The notes under the pieces were generated by a model. The model was not told the origin of the DNA, searched no databases, and worked only from the letters and a program-made list of their open reading frames with translations. Source: Calditrichaceae bacterium (GTDB lineage: Bacteria > Calditrichota > Calditrichia > Calditrichales > JBFXGD01). From it: a DNA stretch of 64,000 nt. The DNA lies in contig JBFXLE010000003.1 of the NCBI GenBank assembly GCA_050173015.1, positions 32,001 through 96,000 on the forward strand, given 5' to 3'. Position numbers and translations under genes: made by a program. Shown one piece after another: positions 1 to 9,335 of the stretch. Numbering within the stretch: the stretch's first letter is position 1; each line of letters opens with the position of its first letter.

Positions 1-727
1 CGCTCCCAACATTAAAAAGTCCGTTGACTTTCGGTTTGCTAAGAAGATACCAGATCACATTCACCACGTCAGTGATATAGACAAAATCACGCAACTGCTC
101 CCCGTCCTTAAAATCCGGCCGGTGCGATTTGAACAGTTTAACGGCGCCGGTGTCATTTATTTGGTTAAAGGCCTTAAATACCACTGAGGACATATCATCT
201 TTGAAATATTCATTCGGGCCGTAAACGTTAAAAAATTTCAAACCCGTTATTTTGTCAAACCAGCCTTCACGCCGGGCCTTGAGATCAAATATCTGTTTTG
301 AATAACCATACATGTTCAGAGGCTGCAGCGTATGGATTGCGCTCTCATCATCATCATACCCCGTATCTCCGGAGCCGTATGTGGCGGCGGAACTGGCATA
401 AATAAATCTGACATTATTTTTAACAGAATATTCCGCAAGTCTGAGAGTGTATCGGTAATTATTCTCCATCAGGTAATTGGCGTCTTTTTCCGTGGTCGCG
501 CTGCAGGCTCCCATGTGGATAATCGCGTCGATATTATGATTCTGTTCCAGATATGAATGCAGTTGATCCCGATCCAGATAATCAGAAAAACTAAGATTGC
601 GCAGATTTTTCCACTTATCATTTTCCCTGAGCGCGTCAACGGCTATGATATCATTCATGCCTTCTTTATTCAGTTTTGATACGACGCAGCTCCCTATAAA
701 ACCGGCGGCTCCGGTAATAATGATCAT
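1..727 (-). CDS. hldD: ADP-L-glycero-D-manno-heptose 6-epimerase (3' end runs off the window)
   Basis: Not in the ORF track; translated by hand from ATG at 727 (RBS GGAG): MIIITGAAGFIGS...HMGACSATTE...YASSAATYG...PLNMYGYSK...FFNVYGPNE...DGEQLRDFVY. Confidence 0.93.
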   Translation of the reverse strand, partial: MIIITGAAGFIGSCVVSKLNKEGMNDIIAVDALRENDKWKNLRNLSFSDYLDRDQLHSYLEQNHNIDAIIHMGACSATTEKDANYLMENNYRYTLRLAEYSVKNNVRFIYASSAATYGSGDTGYDDDESAIHTLQPLNMYGYSKQIFDLKARREGWFDKITGLKFFNVYGPNEYFKDDMSSVVFKAFNQINDTGAVKLFKSHRPDFKDGEQLRDFVYITDVVNVIWYLLSKPKVNGLFNVGS

Positions 728-761
728 TTTATAAGACTCCGATGCTTCATTTGAAAAATTG

Positions 762-789
762 AAAAAGTACAGGCACATCTCTGTGCCTG
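762..789 (-). terminator. Probable intrinsic terminator after the DHS-like gene
   Basis: Minus strand CAGGCACA-GAGA-TGTGCCTG followed by TACTTTTT. Confidence 0.55.
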
Positions 790-820
790 ACCAATATTTT
801 GATTACTCACTGATTTAAAA

Positions 821-1861
821 TCAGGCCTCAACTTCCGCAAAAATATCATTCAGCCTTTTTTCTTTTCTGCCTTCCCAGTTACGTTGATGATACCCGTATC
901 CGGCGATTAACGGAAATGCCATTGAGGCTTCGGCAAAAACCATCTGCTCGTTGACCGTGTCAACTTTACCCCAGGAGCAAGCCTCTTTCAATGTCGAACC
1001 CGAAAGTCCGCCGTCGCGTTCATCGGCAACCGTAATCTGTATCGCGTATTTGTGCATCGGCGCCGGCTGATCTATCATCTCGGTGGCAACAACGATGTCC
1101 TGAACAAAATTCTTTGGCACCCCGCCGCCAAGCATAAAAATACCTGATTCCTGGTGTTCCAGTTTTATCTTTGTGATTTCCAAAAAGTCCGCTGCCGAGT
1201 CAATCGTTAATTTCGGACCTTTTGCGTAATATTGATGGTGTACAAGACCAAATCCGGCGGAACAATCCGAAAACGCCGGCACAAATATGGGCACGCCTTT
1301 TTTGTAACACTGATAAACAATCGATTCTTCGCGGGAATCGGCATACTGATCATGCTCATCCAGATACCGGCCCATTTCTTTGATGAATTCTCTTGAAGAA
1401 TAAGGCCGTTTTTCCAGATCTGTACAAATTTTTGAGATGCTTTCATCACAGACGCGCAGATCCTCTTCATCAATATAAGTATCATATATCCGGTCAATCA
1501 TTAATTCACGCAATTCGTGATCATTTACAAATGGTGTTCCGACATAATGAGAAAATCCCAAACCTTCAAAAAAGTCCTGATCCACAATATTCGCGCCTGT
1601 GGAAACAATCGCGTCAACCATGTTATTTTCAACAAGAGTGAGAACCGCCTTCTTTAATCCCGCGCTGATCAGAGATCCGGCCAGCGTGAGGAATACAACG
1701 ACATCCTTATCTTTTTGCATCATATCAAAAATACGCGATGCCCGGTACAGGTTTCTTGCCTGAAAAGCCATTTTCCCCATGGCATCAACCATAGGAACAA
1801 CATTATATTGAGTGATATCGATATGCTCGATTTTTTGTTTAAGGTAATCCTGTTTTTTCAT
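821..1861 (-). CDS. Deoxyhypusine synthase-like protein (bacterial homospermidine/polyamine synthesis family)
   Basis: Motifs STGANIVDQD, IDRIYDT, GGGVPKNF, DERDGGLSG, EACSWGK (catalytic Lys). Confidence 0.88.
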   Translation of the reverse strand: MKKQDYLKQKIEHIDITQYNVVPMVDAMGKMAFQARNLYRASRIFDMMQKDKDVVVFLTLAGSLISAGLKKAVLTLVENNMVDAIVSTGANIVDQDFFEGLGFSHYVGTPFVNDHELRELMIDRIYDTYIDEEDLRVCDESISKICTDLEKRPYSSREFIKEMGRYLDEHDQYADSREESIVYQCYKKGVPIFVPAFSDCSAGFGLVHHQYYAKGPKLTIDSAADFLEITKIKLEHQESGIFMLGGGVPKNFVQDIVVATEMIDQPAPMHKYAIQITVADERDGGLSGSTLKEACSWGKVDTVNEQMVFAEASMAFPLIAGYGYHQRNWEGRKEKRLNDIFAEVEA

Positions 1862-2016
1862 ATTATTCTCCCATTTCTCTCAAAAGAATTGATCTCTGTT
1901 TTTAGCGGGCTCAATATATATAATCGAGCTCCTTTTTGCAAGACAAACCAAGCCCCGGATCGATATTTACATTTTTTTTAACAAACCGCGATCAGAAGGG
2001 CAATTCCGGTGAAAAC

Positions 2017-2736
2017 CTATACCCAGTCGAGACCCGTTTTCCGGATAATGTCATGAAATGGTGAATAGGTGATATTTTCCGGATCCATAAATTGATGAAT
2101 AAATGTCGGGTGCCCCTGTCTGATAATTTTCGATGAATCATCGATGGATTCAAGAATGTCTTTTTCCCAATTGCCGGCTTTATTTCCCCATAAAATATAT
2201 ACCGGACTTTCTTCTCTTTTATTCAGCGATTTTATTACGGCTTTTTGAAAAGGACGCCAGAACATAAAATGGGCCTTTTTATCCATTTTGGTTGAAAAAG
2301 TCAATGAGGTATTCAATAAAAATATGCCCTGATCAATCCAGTGCGTGAATAATTTTCCCGGCGCTTTAAAATTAATGCCGCGGGCGATCTTTCTGCACTC
2401 AACGATCGGCGTTCTGTAATCAGCGTATTCTTCCGCCGTAAGCATGGCCTTTAGCATATTTTTTAAAGAATTCCCGTTGGTTTTATCCTCCCAGGAGTTT
2501 ACTTCCTTATCCCAAAAGGCGATACCGCAAGCGGAGGAGATCCTCGGATAGGGATCTTCTCCATACAATACGCATTTGACCCGGTCCGGACCGGACAAAT
2601 GAAAGGCATTAAATATTAAATCCTTTCCGGGAATCAATATTTCATAATCTTCAATAAATTTATCCAGTGAATTATAAAACTCAACCATATTCAGATGAGG
2701 ATTCAGCAGGATTTCCCAGGATTCCGGTAATCGCAT
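2017..2736 (-). CDS. Uracil-DNA glycosylase, divergent family-1-like
   Basis: GEDPY (cf. GQDPY), GIAF, QGIFLLNTSLT, ILWG and GHP motifs. Confidence 0.75.
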   Translation of the reverse strand: MRLPESWEILLNPHLNMVEFYNSLDKFIEDYEILIPGKDLIFNAFHLSGPDRVKCVLYGEDPYPRISSACGIAFWDKEVNSWEDKTNGNSLKNMLKAMLTAEEYADYRTPIVECRKIARGINFKAPGKLFTHWIDQGIFLLNTSLTFSTKMDKKAHFMFWRPFQKAVIKSLNKREESPVYILWGNKAGNWEKDILESIDDSSKIIRQGHPTFIHQFMDPENITYSPFHDIIRKTGLDWV

Positions 2737-2832
2737 ATCGATCTCATAAATTTGTTAACACCAAGTTTTTTTAAAATGGACAAATTGCGGGTTTTATGCA
2801 AGCATTAAATTTGTTATCGGCCCCGGCGGTCA

Positions 2833-3498
2833 TCAACCTGCTTCTGATTCAAAATCCCCTTTGGCAGTGTCTGAATTCATGGAAAAAAGCAAAGGGTAAT
2901 GTTTTTTGTATTCGGAATATATGCGATCATAAGGGAGATCAGCAAAGCTTCCATGCTCATGAATATACTCCATATGCCGGTTTCCGTTTGTATCAAATTC
3001 ATGAAAAACGGAATCGCCGGTACCGTCAAATTCCAATGGCTTCACATTGAATCTTTTGCATAATCTGAGATTGAACGCGGGTGTCGCTTTTACCCATTTA
3101 TGATCCAAAAACAATTCAGAATATCCGTGATATAAAAACACATCTGTTTGCATTAATTCGGTCAGTTTCTTCGAGGTCAGATGATTCTTAACATCGGCAA
3201 AACCAAGTCTCGCGGGAATCCCTGCCGCGCGCGCGGCGGCGGTCAGCAGTACCGCTTTATTTATGCAGAACCCGTATCCCTTCTTTAAAACACTGCTTGC
3301 TTTAAACGCTGCGCGTTCCAAATCAATTTTATAGGGGTCATAGCGGAAACCGTCCCGAACGGTATAGTAGAGTTTAACGGCCTTTTCTATATCTGTTTTT
3401 TCACCTTTTATATTTTCACTGCTGAATTCAATGATTTCGGATGAGTCGCTGTCGATAAAATAAGTCGGTTTTAGGTATATTTGAAGTATGTCTGTCAT
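2833..3498 (-). CDS. Transglutaminase-like family protein
   Basis: VRDGFRYDPY, GFCINKA (Cys), YHGYSE (His), WVKATPAFN. Confidence 0.85.
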   Translation of the reverse strand: MTDILQIYLKPTYFIDSDSSEIIEFSSENIKGEKTDIEKAVKLYYTVRDGFRYDPYKIDLERAAFKASSVLKKGYGFCINKAVLLTAAARAAGIPARLGFADVKNHLTSKKLTELMQTDVFLYHGYSELFLDHKWVKATPAFNLRLCKRFNVKPLEFDGTGDSVFHEFDTNGNRHMEYIHEHGSFADLPYDRIYSEYKKHYPLLFSMNSDTAKGDFESEAG

Positions 3499-3537
3499 CT
3501 TTTCCCGGTTCTGTAAATTCTGATTAATGGCCTGTCT

Positions 3538-4029
3538 TCATTTGTATTTTTCATCATATTCTGATTTCAGAATTCCATATCGAAGTATATCGTAATATTT
3601 GCCCTCATAATATTTAGCTTGCCTCAATCTCCCCTCAGGGATAAAACCCATCTTCTCTATCATTGTTTTTGCGCGATCGTTATAATCCAATACTTCGGCT
3701 TCAAGACGGTAAAAATTCATTGTTTCAAAAGCATATTTTATCACACCGAGCAGAGCATTTTTTCCGTATCCTTTTCCCTGATATTTATCCGCGATAAAGA
3801 TGCTGAGTTCAGCTTTTCTGTTATACCATTTTATATTCCGCAAACTGACTTCACCAATCAACTGATTCTCTTTTTGAATGGCAAATCTCATGACCGCGGG
3901 CATGTTTCCGGTATACATCCTGGTCTCAGACAGATATATCGACGCGGAACTATCCCGAAACAGCTCTTCCAGTCCGGGATCATCCATATTTACAGATTTG
4001 ATACGGATACCGCCTTCAATAACAATCAT
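3538..4029 (-). CDS. GNAT N-acetyltransferase (RimJ/RimL/SpeG-like)
   Basis: YQGKGYG acetyl-CoA motif, N.RA...EKMGF..EG.LR. Confidence 0.85.
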   Translation of the reverse strand: MIVIEGGIRIKSVNMDDPGLEELFRDSSASIYLSETRMYTGNMPAVMRFAIQKENQLIGEVSLRNIKWYNRKAELSIFIADKYQGKGYGKNALLGVIKYAFETMNFYRLEAEVLDYNDRAKTMIEKMGFIPEGRLRQAKYYEGKYYDILRYGILKSEYDEKYK

Positions 4030-4096
4030 GCCAAACTACTCCCGGAAAATATTTATCATGTCGTTTAAATCAAAAACCGGCCGGAAAATCAGGATA

Positions 4097-4417
4097 TTAT
4101 TTGCCGCCGCCGCTTCTGCCTTTTCTGAATCTTTTCATCGACAGATCACCTTCCCGGCCGTCAGAAATGCCGTCCCCGTCATTATCGATAAAAAAATCCT
4201 TTCCTTTTCCTTTGTGTTTTCCTTTTCCCTCCGCGCGCGCGCTCACACGGTCATCGATGCCATCGCCGTCCTCATCAACCCAGCCTTCCAGGCCCTCATC
4301 CTTGTTTATTTCTTTCTTAACATCTTTTTTTTCGACTTTGGTGGAATCCGTCGATTGGGCAAATGAAGCTAAACTGAATCCGAGCAGAATAAATACCGCC
4401 AGAACAAAGGTTTTCAT
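4097..4417 (-). CDS. Small secreted protein with two DxDGDG repeats
   Basis: Signal peptide (ASFA|Q); DEDGDGIDD and DNDGDGISD; Gly/Lys-rich linker; RBS GGGAGG. Confidence 0.7.
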   Translation of the reverse strand: MKTFVLAVFILLGFSLASFAQSTDSTKVEKKDVKKEINKDEGLEGWVDEDGDGIDDRVSARAEGKGKHKGKGKDFFIDNDGDGISDGREGDLSMKRFRKGRSGGGK

Positions 4418-4496
4418 CCGCGCCTCCCTGATAATTTATTTGTATTCACGTTTTTTTTCCTCTGATCAGATGAATCTAATTTTACACAAATTTCTG

Positions 4497-5873
4497 TTAT
4501 TTCAAAGTATTGATAATATTTAATTTCTGCATCCTTGAACGCAAATGACGTTCAGAAATACCCAATAATTTTGCCGCCTGACTCTGATTACCATTCTTGA
4601 CTTTTAACGCCTCTTCAATCATCACTGTTTCATAGGCGGAAACTTTTGACACATAATCATCGGCAAAATTCAGAGGATCGAGAACCGATTTTTCAGAGGA
4701 TGTACTCAAACCCGGCGGCAAATCTTCCGTTGTAATGATTTCATCACGGGCAAATACAACGGCCCTTTCGATAATATTTTCGAGTTCGCGAATATTTCCC
4801 GGGAAATGATAACGCAACAGATAATCCTGCGCTTCTTTGCTGATTCCCTGAACATTTTTACCATTTTCGCGGGAGTATTTTTCGATAAAATAACGGATCA
4901 GTACAGGAATATCCGATTTTCGTTCACGAAGCGGCGGGATGTTAATCGTCACTACATTGATACGATAAAACAGATCCTCCCTGAATGCCCCCTGCTGAAT
5001 CATTTCTTCCAGATTTCTGTTTGTAGCGGTTAAAACGCGGACATCAACTTTGATTGTTTTGGAACCGCCCACACGCTCATATTCACCAAATTGCAATGCC
5101 CTAAGTAATTTCACCTGAGTCAAAAGCGGTATATCACCAACTTCATCGATAAACAATGTTCCGCCGTCCGCCTGCTCAAATCGTCCTATTCGCTGCGAAA
5201 CCGCCCCTGTGAAAGATCCTTTCTCATGACCGAACAGCTCACTCTCAAGAAGATTTTCCGAAAGCGCCGCGCAATTCACCGTCACAAGCGGGTGATCCTT
5301 CCGGTCACTCGCGAAATGAATCGCCTTTGCGATCAGCTCTTTGCCGGTTCCGCTCTCCCCTCTGATTAAAACGGTGGCTTTGCTCTTCGCGACTCTGCCG
5401 GACGTATTCAATACCTGTTCCATCTCGCCGCTTTGAGAGATGATGGAATCAAATTTATATTTTTCCATCAACTGCTCTTTCAACATCCTGTTTTCAGAGA
5501 TCAGGTAACGACGCTCTTTTGCCCTCCCGATCAGAATTTCAAGTTCCGCCAGATCAACCGGTTTTGAAAGATAATCAAACGCTCCTGCCTTCATTACGGT
5601 TACCGCATCCTCAATGAGACCATATGCTGTAATCACCACAACCGGTATTTCGGGATTAAATTTGTTGATTTCCCGCACCACCTGTAAACCGGTCAGATCA
5701 GGCATCCGGAAATCCGTAAACACAAGATCGATGTTGTTTTCTTTTGCTTTTTTTAGCCCTTCCGTTCCCGAACCCGCGGTCAAAACCGAAAACTTTCTTC
5801 GCTTCAAAAACGCTTCGATTGAAGCAAGCTGGGCGGGTTCATCATCAATCAAAAGAATTCTAAAATCAGACAT
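4497..5873 (-). CDS. Sigma54-dependent response regulator (NtrC/ZraR family)
   Basis: Receiver domain (IDDE, D-FRMP, YLSKP), GESGTGKE, GSFTGA, FIDE, FPGNIREL, C-terminal Fis-type HTH. Confidence 0.95.
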   Translation of the reverse strand: MSDFRILLIDDEPAQLASIEAFLKRRKFSVLTAGSGTEGLKKAKENNIDLVFTDFRMPDLTGLQVVREINKFNPEIPVVVITAYGLIEDAVTVMKAGAFDYLSKPVDLAELEILIGRAKERRYLISENRMLKEQLMEKYKFDSIISQSGEMEQVLNTSGRVAKSKATVLIRGESGTGKELIAKAIHFASDRKDHPLVTVNCAALSENLLESELFGHEKGSFTGAVSQRIGRFEQADGGTLFIDEVGDIPLLTQVKLLRALQFGEYERVGGSKTIKVDVRVLTATNRNLEEMIQQGAFREDLFYRINVVTINIPPLRERKSDIPVLIRYFIEKYSRENGKNVQGISKEAQDYLLRYHFPGNIRELENIIERAVVFARDEIITTEDLPPGLSTSSEKSVLDPLNFADDYVSKVSAYETVMIEEALKVKNGNQSQAAKLLGISERHLRSRMQKLNIINTLK

Positions 5874-7863
5874 TTTGGCGCTCCGCTATTTTTGGTAACT
5901 GAACATAAAAAGCAGTCCCCTGACCGGATTTGCTTTCAGCGCTGATTGTTCCCTTATGGTCTGTGATAATCCGGTGTACAATACTCAATCCCAGACCGGT
6001 TCCGGATTGTTTGGTCGTGAAATAAAGATCAAACATTTTATTCAGGTTTTCCTCGGAAATCCCCTCGCCGTTATCTTCAATTTTTATTTTTACAATATCC
6101 TTTTGATTTTTTACGGTGATCCTGATTAATCCCTCGCCCGCAAAGGATTCTACCGCGTTTTTTGTGAGATTCAACAGACTCTGCTTGATTTGATCACCAT
6201 CCCAAACGACTATTCCAATGTCATCAATGAACGCCTCAACTTCAATGTTTTTCGCTGCCGCCTCTTTTCTGGTGAGTTGAAGGATTTCATCAAACAACGC
6301 GTTTGCTTTACATTCGTGAAAAGCCGGTTTCTTGGGTCGGGCAAATTCCACAAACTGATTGATTATTTCATTCAGTCTTCTTACTTCATTACCCACCAGT
6401 TTTGCCAAACTGTGATATTCATCGCTGTTCTCTTTTGGTTCGAAATCAATATCAAACTGCTGAACAATTGTACTGATCGCGTTTAACGGATTCCTGATTT
6501 CGTGCGCGACTCCCGACGCTAGTTTGCCCATTGCCGATAGTTTTTCTTTCTGCTTTATCTGCTCCTCAAGAAGCCGCTGTTCCGTCAGATCTCTGATGAC
6601 GAGAATCATTGTTAAATCATCCCCGTTGTGATCTTTTACCGAAGATCTCGCCAGCGCGATCACCTTGTCTCTCATCATAAATTCCTTCACACCGGGAACC
6701 GGCCGCTCAGCATGAACATCGAATAATTCTACCGGCAGTTTCGAAATATCTTCATCCAGCATCCCGGCGTATTTGCTTCCCAGAATCTCCCCCGCCGCCT
6801 TATTGATCATCGTAATTCTGCCGTTTTTATCATAAGAGATGACCCCATCCGCGATGTTTTGCAGAATATTACCGTAATATGTCTGAACGACCCCATACTG
6901 ATTATTGACCACATCGTACTGCTGTTTAACGCTCATCAGTGTAAACAGTAAAAAACCGATCAAAACCAGCACTCCGGAAATTATGATAAGCCTGCGGAGT
7001 ATTCTTTCATTGATGGCTTCTACCCCGCCCAAAGCCAGCCCCATACGAAAGATACCAATTACCTCTGAATTATATTCAAAAGGATGGATTACTTCATAAA
7101 CAAGTTCATCGTTAAAAATTTTTTCCCTTGAATATGAAATATCTTTTTCAAAAACATCTTTTAGTACAGGATCGTCTTCTATACGTTCCAAACTAACGAC
7201 GTTTTTTGTCGCCGCCAGGATCCCCGACGTATCCTGCAGTGCCAAAAACACGACATGTTCATTATCGGAAATCTCCGCGATCAGTTTTCCAAAACCAATT
7301 TTTTTTCTGAATTGAAGCAGAGCATTTGAATCGATACTGACAACGATCACACCACCCTTTTCCCGTCTGACTGATACAGAATAATGATGTTGTCCGCCTT
7401 CGTTATGAAAACCTATGATATATTCATTTTCATCCGATTCCAGAATATCAGGCAGCCAGGACGACATTTCTGTCTCGATCTGCTGTCTGTTAATTTCGCC
7501 CGCTGTAATACCGTTAACATATTTGCCGGATTTATCAAAGAGTAAAATCTCCAGCAGTAAATTTTCTTTGGCTATTTTCATCATCGCCGCTGGATTTAAC
7601 AATGATTTGGAATCCAGATAATTCAGAAACCGCGCGTTATCCAGCAAGCGGTCTACAAGTTCCGATTCAACGGCCTGATTAGCCGCAAGATTATTGACAC
7701 TCGCCTGTGTGATCGCCTCAAGAATGGAGTTCGCGTTTTGATCCATCAGTTCATACAGCTCTTTTTTACTCTGGTTCAGCTCAATCAGTGCCGAAACAAG
7801 CATAAGCCCTGCTAATACCATGAAGATCATAATCAAATATGGGATGCGGATTAATTTTCTCAT
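5866..7863 (-). CDS. Membrane sensor histidine kinase with PAS domain (ZraS-like)
   Basis: Two TM segments, periplasmic domain, PAS, AHEIRNPL H-box, NLTKNA, DNGEGI, GTGLGL; 8-nt overlap with the response regulator. Confidence 0.93.
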   Translation of the reverse strand: MRKLIRIPYLIMIFMVLAGLMLVSALIELNQSKKELYELMDQNANSILEAITQASVNNLAANQAVESELVDRLLDNARFLNYLDSKSLLNPAAMMKIAKENLLLEILLFDKSGKYVNGITAGEINRQQIETEMSSWLPDILESDENEYIIGFHNEGGQHHYSVSVRREKGGVIVVSIDSNALLQFRKKIGFGKLIAEISDNEHVVFLALQDTSGILAATKNVVSLERIEDDPVLKDVFEKDISYSREKIFNDELVYEVIHPFEYNSEVIGIFRMGLALGGVEAINERILRRLIIISGVLVLIGFLLFTLMSVKQQYDVVNNQYGVVQTYYGNILQNIADGVISYDKNGRITMINKAAGEILGSKYAGMLDEDISKLPVELFDVHAERPVPGVKEFMMRDKVIALARSSVKDHNGDDLTMILVIRDLTEQRLLEEQIKQKEKLSAMGKLASGVAHEIRNPLNAISTIVQQFDIDFEPKENSDEYHSLAKLVGNEVRRLNEIINQFVEFARPKKPAFHECKANALFDEILQLTRKEAAAKNIEVEAFIDDIGIVVWDGDQIKQSLLNLTKNAVESFAGEGLIRITVKNQKDIVKIKIEDNGEGISEENLNKMFDLYFTTKQSGTGLGLSIVHRIITDHKGTISAESKSGQGTAFYVQLPKIAERQNV

Positions 7864-7925
7864 TTTTCTCGATTCGAAAACCGGTTGTCGGCCCGGTTGT
7901 TTTTTAGCACATCCTGAGATTTAAT

Positions 7926-9098
7926 TTAAAAATTCCAATCGATACCGATGCCAAACAGATTGCTGTCATAGTTATACCAGTAACTATTGGATTCATTTTT
8001 GGTATAAACATAGTCAAAACTTATTTTTAAAGCATTTAACCACGATTTATTCGCATGAAACGTCTTGGATAGATTTACATAAACCGCCTTAAGATCATCT
8101 TCCCTGATCCCACCCGCGGCAACGGTATCATCCGCTGAAACATATGCATTTTCACTGATATATTCTTTTGAGATTAAATTTCCGCTGACACCCAGTTTTA
8201 CAGCCCAGGGAAACAGAATCGTGATTTTGGATGTCACCTCATCACTGCTGTAGCTGAAGGGATCATCAAAAAGCTCTTCATCCTGATAATAGGAATCAGA
8301 ATTGAGATAATTAGTCTCGTCGGTCAGACTGATTTGTTTTTTATATTGTATATTGGCGCCTATCCGCGGGTGAATTGACTGAGCTATTCTTCCCAGGAGT
8401 ACAACCTGGCTCATACTTGGTATCTCCGTGGAGGATACAGACACAGAAGTTGTTGGCAGCATCCCGCCTCCCCGGCCTCCGCCCATGCCGCCCCCGGATG
8501 TAGACGTATAATACGTTTCACTTCCCGAAAAGGCCTTATAGCCCCAATCGCCTTCAAGTATCAGTGATGTTTTTGTGGGAAATGATTTACTCATCTGAGC
8601 AAAAACATAATGACGTGAGTTGGTTAAATCAGGAATATATGTGTATTCCCTGTATCTGAAATTGTATCCTGTTTTTAACAATAAAAATGACAAATTAAAT
8701 CTAAAATTCGCGTAGGCATAGATCTGTGAATAATCATAATATTCATAATCTTTCCCGTTGATACGGATCGAAAGACTGGAACCAAGATAAAATGTCTGTT
8801 TTTTATTTTCACCAAAAGGAGCCGCGTAATTAAAGCCCAGGTTATGTATTGAAAAATTTCTTTGGGAATTCTCCCTGTAAAACACCAGATCTCCTGAATA
8901 ATAGAGATTTATCCCCGAATCTTCCGGATGAAAACTTAAGCCGATTTGAAAATCATTGATTAAATCTTCTGTTTTTTCAGGAGCGCGGTACATATTATCA
9001 TCATAATAAGATGAGACACTGATATCTTTGCTAAGCTGCGCGAAAGCGTTTCCGGCGTAGATTGTGAGTACTGCTATCAATAAAATCCATTTTCCCAT
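7926..9098 (-). CDS. Putative outer-membrane beta-barrel protein
   Basis: Signal peptide, YDDN motif near the N-terminus, alternating aromatic strands, C-terminal GIGIDWNF signature. Confidence 0.7.
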   Translation of the reverse strand: MGKWILLIAVLTIYAGNAFAQLSKDISVSSYYDDNMYRAPEKTEDLINDFQIGLSFHPEDSGINLYYSGDLVFYRENSQRNFSIHNLGFNYAAPFGENKKQTFYLGSSLSIRINGKDYEYYDYSQIYAYANFRFNLSFLLLKTGYNFRYREYTYIPDLTNSRHYVFAQMSKSFPTKTSLILEGDWGYKAFSGSETYYTSTSGGGMGGGRGGGMLPTTSVSVSSTEIPSMSQVVLLGRIAQSIHPRIGANIQYKKQISLTDETNYLNSDSYYQDEELFDDPFSYSSDEVTSKITILFPWAVKLGVSGNLISKEYISENAYVSADDTVAAGGIREDDLKAVYVNLSKTFHANKSWLNALKISFDYVYTKNESNSYWYNYDSNLFGIGIDWNF

Positions 9099-9131
9099 GG
9101 CGGTTTCCTTTTTTAGTTTTTAGCCTGAGAG

Positions 9132-9147
9132 ATCAATTATTATGCCA
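9132..9147 (-). promoter_or_regulatory. Putative sigma54 promoter of the OMP-HK-RR operon
   Basis: Minus strand TGGCATAATAATTGAT (-24 GG, -12 GA instead of GC), 33 nt upstream of the ATG. Confidence 0.6.
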
Positions 9148-9222
9148 GTTTTCTCTCATTCTATAAACACCTTATTTTTGGGAATATAATACATACCGGG
9201 AATACAGGCACACCAATACCGC

Positions 9223-9264
9223 TCGACAGGTCAGTCGAATATACTACAGCCCCGGTCGAATATA
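9223..9264. promoter_or_regulatory. Putative enhancer (UAS) for the ZraR-like activator
   Basis: Palindrome TCGAC-N6-GTCGA at 9223-9238; GTCGAATATA repeated at 9234 and 9255 (21-bp period), about 80-115 bp upstream of the -24 element. Confidence 0.4.
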
Positions 9265-9335
9265 ATCATGGAATAATCAGTTTGAAAATAATTATATAAA
9301 ATTTTGTCACACGGTTGTCAAAATGGTCCCGGCAA

